64,000 nucleotides of DNA from Armatimonadota bacterium (GTDB lineage: Bacteria > Armatimonadota > SYMT01). A model generated the notes under the pieces. That model made no database searches. It was not told where the DNA came from and saw only the letters and a program-made list of their open reading frames with translations. Every line of letters begins with the position of its first letter. Within the stretch, counting starts at the first letter, position 1. The stretch is from the NCBI GenBank assembly GCA_041690135.1, contig JAWLHY010000001.1, forward strand, positions 832,001-896,000, given 5' to 3'. Made by a program: the position numbers and the translations under genes. Positions 59,169 through 64,000 of this stretch are shown piece by piece.

Positions 59169-59447
59169 ATGCCTTCGGACAACATCCTATCGATACTGGC
59201 AGCAGCCATAACTGCTGCTGTCACCGGCAGGCTGGGTTTTGAGCTCATCCGCGACACACTCGCCGAAGACGCACCGGAGGTTCATGTGGAGGTGGAGCCA
59301 CTGCTGCCCCTACGAGGCCGATGGCGACGGCTCCTGACTCTGGCGCCGGCACACGCCTTCCTTCTGGCTGTTGTATTTGCGGGCACCTTCCCCGTGGTGA
59401 TGCTCCTCTGCGATGCGGTAATCAGCTTCTGCCGGGCAATTCCCTGA
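59169..59447 (+). CDS. Small hypothetical membrane protein
   Basis: Two hydrophobic segments; weak RBS. Confidence 0.4.
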   Translation: MPSDNILSILAAAITAAVTGRLGFELIRDTLAEDAPEVHVEVEPLLPLRGRWRRLLTLAPAHAFLLAVVFAGTFPVVMLLCDAVISFCRAIP

Positions 59448-59514
59448 AGCAAAGGCAACCCGACAGGCTCGGGGTTTGATGCCTCCGAGGGCTGCCTTGG
59501 CGTTAGGGCGTGCC

Positions 59515-59859
59515 TCACGGAGCGTCCGGCGTCCGCAGGATCAGGTGGCCCTGGCAGCCTTCGAACTCGACGTGAATATCCGGGCCCACCACCGCTTTGA
59601 GGCGGTGCGCCAGTTGCAGTCCCTCCACGCAGAAGGCCCGGCAATCGAAGGCGTCGGCCGTGTCGGAGCCAGGGACCGCGTCCCAGAACCATTCGATCCA
59701 GGCTTCGAAGTCCTGGCGGAGGCCGGCGGGCAGTTCCAGGCTCTCATAATCCACCATTTTGCCCGCCTCCGGCTGGAGCGGACGCGCGAGTTCCCAGATG
59801 CCGGAACTTCCCCACTCCGGCCACACCCGCAGGTAAAGTTTCGGAGTGGTTGGCGTCAT
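59515..59859 (-). CDS. Hypothetical protein
   Basis: ATG overlaps upstream stop (ATGA); Trp-rich globular sequence. Confidence 0.6.
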   Translation of the reverse strand: MTPTTPKLYLRVWPEWGSSGIWELARPLQPEAGKMVDYESLELPAGLRQDFEAWIEWFWDAVPGSDTADAFDCRAFCVEGLQLAHRLKAVVGPDIHVEFEGCQGHLILRTPDAP

Positions 59860-60071
59860 TTGCGGTGGTGAAACTCCCGGAAATCCGCAGCGGCGCCCAC
59901 CAGCATCAGCACTGCGGCCGCGCCGCCTGCAACAATGGCGAGCCCCAGGCAAACAATCGTCGCTTGGGGCGGGAGAGGAACCGCGCCCGCCTGGGCGGCC
60001 CGGTCAAAAGAGAGCGCCAGAAGCATTAGCAGGACAGTCCAGCAGTCTCGGTGGGAAAACCGCTTCTGCAT
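59856..60071 (-). CDS. Small hypothetical membrane protein
   Basis: AGGAGG RBS; two hydrophobic helices. Confidence 0.55.
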   Translation of the reverse strand: MQKRFSHRDCWTVLLMLLALSFDRAAQAGAVPLPPQATIVCLGLAIVAGGAAAVLMLVGAAADFREFHHRK

Positions 60072-60151
60072 TTGCAGCCCTCCTTTTCGCCTAACGGACC
60101 CGCTACCGTCGGCGCCAGTACGCGTTTGCCAAGAGTCATCAACTCCCTAGA

Positions 60152-60178
60152 AGGGCAGGCACGGCGGCACGCCCCTAC
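60152..60178 (-). repeat. Solitary GTAG-REP
   Basis: Minus strand GTAGGGGCGTGCCGCCGTGCCTGCCCT, same architecture as the RAYT-flanking REPs. Confidence 0.7.
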
Positions 60179-60392
60179 ATGCCTAGGAACCCATAGCCCG
60201 CCTCGAGTCTCCGTCCCGGCTCCCGAAGTTGAGCGCCAATCTCGTAGGCAGCATATCGATGCCTACTGCGGTCCGTCAGCCAGGACTGCCCACTCTGCGT
60301 TCCTTCTCGTTTTCTCTCGTGTCCCTCTGTGTCGAAGTCGAACTCGGAGCCTGCGGAACGACCTCCACCTATGTTCCCGTAGCAGTCTCTCT

Positions 60393-61049
60393 TCATCCCT
60401 CTCTGCGCAGCCGGTAGAGGAACACGGCCTGGAGGCCTTCTCGTGGGAGGGGTTCGGTCTTCCAGGACCAACCGGCGGCCTGGGCCATTTGCTGGAAGGT
60501 GGTAGTCATCAGCCGGCCGGGATCGGTGAGGAGGACCTCGCCGTCGGGGGCCAGGGAGAGGGAGAGGATCTCGAGCAGCGCGGGGAACGCGGCGGGTTCG
60601 TACGTGACGTCGCTGCCGACGACCAGCGGGAAGCGCGCGGCGAGGGGCCAGGCTCGCCAGTCGGCAGCGGCGGCGCGCAAGGTGAGGCCGTTGCGGTGCG
60701 CGTTCATCCGGACCAGGCGCAGGGCTGCGGGCTCGTTGTCGGTCGCAATGACCTCCGCCCCGGCGACGGCGGCCCCCAGGGCGCTGATGCCCACCCCGCA
60801 GCCGACTTCGAGGACGGGTATTCCGCGGAGGTCCTGCGCGGCCAGGTAGCGTGCGAGACCCAACCCGGCTGGCCACGCGACTGGCCAGTACGGAGTTGCT
60901 CCGCTGGTGTTCGAGGAGAGTACGTCCACGGAAGAAGCGCTGTAGACCGAGAGGTGGCGGTCGCCGAGCTTGAGCTTCAGGTCACGGAACCGGACGCCGG
61001 GAAGCCCGGGCACCTGCATCCGGGTATAGTCACTCACCGCTCGGGACAC
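60393..61049 (-). CDS. Class I SAM-dependent methyltransferase (family 16-like)
   Basis: PYWPVAWPAG, VLEVGCGVG, GSDVTYE, DPGR. Confidence 0.85.
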   Translation of the reverse strand: MSRAVSDYTRMQVPGLPGVRFRDLKLKLGDRHLSVYSASSVDVLSSNTSGATPYWPVAWPAGLGLARYLAAQDLRGIPVLEVGCGVGISALGAAVAGAEVIATDNEPAALRLVRMNAHRNGLTLRAAAADWRAWPLAARFPLVVGSDVTYEPAAFPALLEILSLSLAPDGEVLLTDPGRLMTTTFQQMAQAAGWSWKTEPLPREGLQAVFLYRLRREG

Positions 61050-61689
61050 CCAGGATCGGGATGCCGAGGTTGCGGAGCAGCATCGCCAGTGGCATCACCG
61101 GCAGACCCACGACGTTCGGGTAGTCGCCCTGGATGCCTTCGATGAAGAGACCGCCGTATCCCTGGATGGCATAGGCCCCCGCCTTGTCATGTGGCTCATC
61201 CGTCGCCGCGTAGGCCTCCATCTCCGCCAACTCGAGCCGGCGGAAAGTGACGTCGGTGGTGGCGGCCAGCGAATGCATCCAGCGCTGCCCCTCGCGCGGG
61301 AAGGTCACCGTTACGGCCGTGATGACCTGGTGCGTGCGTCCGGAGAGCTCCTCCAGCATCCGGACCACGTCCACACGGTCCGCGGGCTTGCCGTAGATCT
61401 TCATGTTCAACGCGACGATCGTATCGGCCCCGATTACCACCGCCTCGGGATAGCGCTCCGCTACCTCCAGCGCCTTGGCCGTGGCGAGATGGGCGGCCAG
61501 CTCCTCCGGGTGAGGATGCGCCTCCGGCAGCACTTCCTCGTAGTCGGAAGGGATCACCTCGAACGGCCGGCCGAGGAGCGTGAGCAGCTCCTTCCGGCGC
61601 GGGGAAGCGCTGGCCAGGATGAGGGGAAGGGAGGCGAGCCTGGGAAGCTCGCCCCGCTGCGATGCCGGGGAGGGGGTGGGAGTGTCCAT
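61030..61689 (-). CDS. maf: Maf family nucleotide pyrophosphatase
   Basis: ILASASPRR, GADTIV, KAGAYAIQG, NVVGLP. Confidence 0.95.
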   Translation of the reverse strand: MDTPTPSPASQRGELPRLASLPLILASASPRRKELLTLLGRPFEVIPSDYEEVLPEAHPHPEELAAHLATAKALEVAERYPEAVVIGADTIVALNMKIYGKPADRVDVVRMLEELSGRTHQVITAVTVTFPREGQRWMHSLAATTDVTFRRLELAEMEAYAATDEPHDKAGAYAIQGYGGLFIEGIQGDYPNVVGLPVMPLAMLLRNLGIPILGVPSGE

Positions 61690-61716
61690 GGGCGTAGTGT
61701 TTTGTGCTTTTTCGGA

Positions 61717-63138
61717 TCAGCCGGCGGCCACCAGTTCCGGCTCGGACGTTGGTTCGGGAGCAGGTTCCGGGGCCACGCGGCCGAGCTCGCGGGCGAACTC
61801 CCGCATGCGGGCGAGGCCGCGGTCGATCAGCGCTTGATGACGGGCCTGCTTGTTCTTGATGTGCTGCGGCAGCGGTGGCAAGAGACCCAGGTTGGCATTC
61901 ATCGGCTGGAAGTTGTCTTCGGGACCATGCGCGATGTACTCCGTAAGCGATCCCAACATGGTCTCGTATGGAAGCTCCAGCGGCGCTTGACCCCGGGCCG
62001 CGCGGGCCGCGTTCAGGCCAGCCAGGATACCGGTAGCCGCGCTCTCCGTGTAGCCCTCGACCCCGGTGATACAGCCCGCGAAGAAGAGCGGCGACTGCCG
62101 GTCGGCGCTCTCACGTGCGGTGTCACGGAGGGCCATCGTCCGCTCCAGCAGGACCGGCGAGTGGATGTACGTGTTCCGGTGCATCACCCCCAGGCGGACG
62201 AACTCTGCGTTGGCCAGGCCGGGGATCATCCGGAAGATGCGGATCTGCTCGCCCCACTTCAGGCGCGTCTGGAACGCTACCATGCTGTAAAGCGTGCCCG
62301 CCGCGTTCTCCTGCCGGAGTTGGACCACCGCGTAGGGGCGCTTGCCGGTCCGCGGATCGGTAAGTCCGATCGGTTTCATCGGTCCATAGGCCATGGTCTG
62401 TGGACCGCGGCGCGCCATCTCTTCGATGGGAAGGCAGCCCTCGAACAGCTTGATCTGCTCGAACTCCTTGAGCGGGACCAGTTCCGCGTTCAGGATCTCC
62501 TCGCGCAGACGATGGTACTCCTCCTCTGAAAGCGGACAGTTCAGGTAGCCACCCGCCCCACCCTCTTCCTGCCCCTTACCCCAGCGAGAGGCCTCGAAAG
62601 CGATGGAGCGATCGATCGTCTCCGCATCGATGATGGGAGAGGCAGCATCGTAAAAGTAAAGCTCGCGGGAGCCGGTGATCTTCTGGATCTGCGCGGCCAG
62701 CGCGTCGGACGTAAGCGGACCCGTGGCGACCACCACCGGAAGCCCGTCCGGGATCTCGGTGATCTCTTCGCGCACCAACGTAATGAGCGGATGTCCCTCG
62801 ATCGCCTGGGTGATGCCCTGGGAGAAGAGGTCGCGGTCTACGGCCAGCGCCCCGCCGGAAGGGACCGCACTCCGGTCCGCAGCCTCGACCACCACCGAGC
62901 CGAGCATTCGCATCTCGGTTTTGAGCATGCCGGCCGGGGTGTGCGGCAGGTTCGACTTCAGCGAGTTGCTGCAAACCAGCTCGCCCAGATTGTTGGTCTT
63001 GTGCGCGGGCGTGTTCCGCACCGGGCGCATCTCCACCAGCGTGACACGCGCGCCCTCACGGGCCGCCGACCACGCCGCGTCCGAGCCGGCGAGCCCGCCG
63101 CCGATCACCAGGACTTCCGTATCCTTGGGAACTTTCAT
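61717..63138 (-). CDS. trmFO: Folate/FAD-dependent tRNA (uracil-54) methyltransferase TrmFO
   Basis: IGGGLAGS, ELVCSNS, HRNTYI, GVEGYTESAA, FQPMNAN. Confidence 0.95.
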   Translation of the reverse strand: MKVPKDTEVLVIGGGLAGSDAAWSAAREGARVTLVEMRPVRNTPAHKTNNLGELVCSNSLKSNLPHTPAGMLKTEMRMLGSVVVEAADRSAVPSGGALAVDRDLFSQGITQAIEGHPLITLVREEITEIPDGLPVVVATGPLTSDALAAQIQKITGSRELYFYDAASPIIDAETIDRSIAFEASRWGKGQEEGGAGGYLNCPLSEEEYHRLREEILNAELVPLKEFEQIKLFEGCLPIEEMARRGPQTMAYGPMKPIGLTDPRTGKRPYAVVQLRQENAAGTLYSMVAFQTRLKWGEQIRIFRMIPGLANAEFVRLGVMHRNTYIHSPVLLERTMALRDTARESADRQSPLFFAGCITGVEGYTESAATGILAGLNAARAARGQAPLELPYETMLGSLTEYIAHGPEDNFQPMNANLGLLPPLPQHIKNKQARHQALIDRGLARMREFARELGRVAPEPAPEPTSEPELVAAG

Positions 63139-63305
63139 AATGCGGCCATGGTACCACGCGGGGAACGTGGGGTAAAGGTGCGAAGTGAGAACCCATCCCG
63201 TTGAATCCGGGTTATTGGATTCGGGCGTATGTGGGTAGTCTCAGCCTGCCGGTTTCTCCCTCCGATGCGCACGGAGGCGAGGCATCCCAGGAAAGGAGAA
63301 CACCC

Positions 63306-63524
63306 ATGCAGGAAGACACCGCCGGAATCACGACTGTGGGCACGGGTAACGGCTACGCCACCTGCGCGGAGTGCGGCGCCGTGTTTCGTCGCCAGTCGAT
63401 CCGCACCGAGCCCGCCGGGCTTCGCGACGATACCCATTCGGAGTACACGGAAATCTGTCCCGATTGCGAGCGGCTGGACCGGGAAGGCGAGCGACCGATC
63501 CTGGGAGATGAGGATCGGTATTAG
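63306..63524 (+). CDS. Small putative zinc-binding protein
   Basis: AGGAG RBS; CAEC...CPDC. Confidence 0.7.
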   Translation: MQEDTAGITTVGTGNGYATCAECGAVFRRQSIRTEPAGLRDDTHSEYTEICPDCERLDREGERPILGDEDRY

Positions 63525-63547
63525 ATCGGGTTCGGTAGATAGGGGTA

Positions 63548-63650
63548 CGGAACAGAGGAAAGGGGGACGCCCAGCACCGGGCATCCCCCTTTCCTCTGTT
63601 CCGCGCCGCATCCTTCTACCTGAAGGGTCTACCCTAAAGGTAGAAGGATG
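63548..63650. terminator. Two tandem hairpins between convergent genes
   Basis: About 25-bp stem at 63548-63603 and about 20-bp stem at 63609-63650. Confidence 0.7.
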
Positions 63651-63664
63651 GGCCTTTTCTAGCG

Positions 63665-64000
63665 CTACTGCATGTTCTGTTCGATCATGCGGAGATGCGC
63701 CTGAACGCCTTCCATGCCGCGCTGCAGCAGGCTTCGCACGGCCGGATCCGTGGCTTCCTGCATCAGGTGATCGAGCTCATTCAGCGCCGCTTGGTGATGG
63801 CCGTGCGTGTGCTGGATCAGCGTCTGCGGGTTGCCGGTGATATTCGGATGCGGGGGCAACTCGGGAACGGCGATCTGCTTTTCCTGCATCAGCTTCATCG
63901 TTGCGTCGGCCAGCGCCTGGTGATCGCGCGCCATCGCCTCGAAGCGCTCGGCCCAGGCGGTGTTGCCCTGGTTGCGCAGGCTCTCGGCCTGGGAGCGCAG
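63665..64000 (-). CDS. DUF4142/DUF305-like ferritin-fold protein, 5' end outside window
   Basis: Frame open to window end; M.RDH, H.H, DP.VR, HL.M. Confidence 0.55.
   Translation of the reverse strand: MRSQAESLRNQGNTAWAERFEAMARDHQALADATMKLMQEKQIAVPELPPHPNITGNPQTLIQHTHGHHQAALNELDHLMQEATDPAVRSLLQRGMEGVQAHLRMIEQNMQ

Noticed and set aside
59515-60071. Toxin-antitoxin or toxin-immunity pair
   Set aside because: The genes are translationally coupled but have no recognisable toxin or antitoxin motifs

Overview
High-GC bacterial chromosome segment. The gene mix (trmFO, CIRCE-controlled groESL, planctomycete-style DUF1549/DUF1553-WD40-PPC cluster, DUF4058, sulfatase, many TPR and secreted proteins) suggests an Armatimonadota-like or PVC-like organism; this is an inference. 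About 55 plausible CDS: housekeeping (ftsY, dnaJ, rpoZ, groES, groEL, maf, trmFO, ampG-like), ABC transporter parts, c-type cytochromes, two M48 peptidases, an orphan GAF-GAF histidine kinase and many uncharacterised exported proteins. I recognised no rRNA, tRNA, CRISPR array or prophage. Most notable points: (i) a REP-associated tyrosine transposase (RAYT) flanked by two ~280-bp direct repeats, each bounded by inverted GTAG-REPs; (ii) a three-unit ~226-245-bp palindromic array of a different REP family at 1.17-1.88 kb with G-U-tolerant stem variation, nested in 9-mer inverted ends; (iii) further 7-mer/9-mer repeat elements, one in frame inside the DUF1549 gene; (iv) a circularly permuted DNA methyltransferase whose apparent start codon overlaps the ftsY start codon head-to-head, followed by a Cas4/AddB-like nuclease; (v) an RNA polymerase omega subunit with a long acidic tail; (vi) two paralogous small exported proteins with Arg-Tyr(-Asp) tails; (vii) a 50-aa basic ORF missed by the ORF track. 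All family assignments come from motif recognition by eye; no database searches were run.
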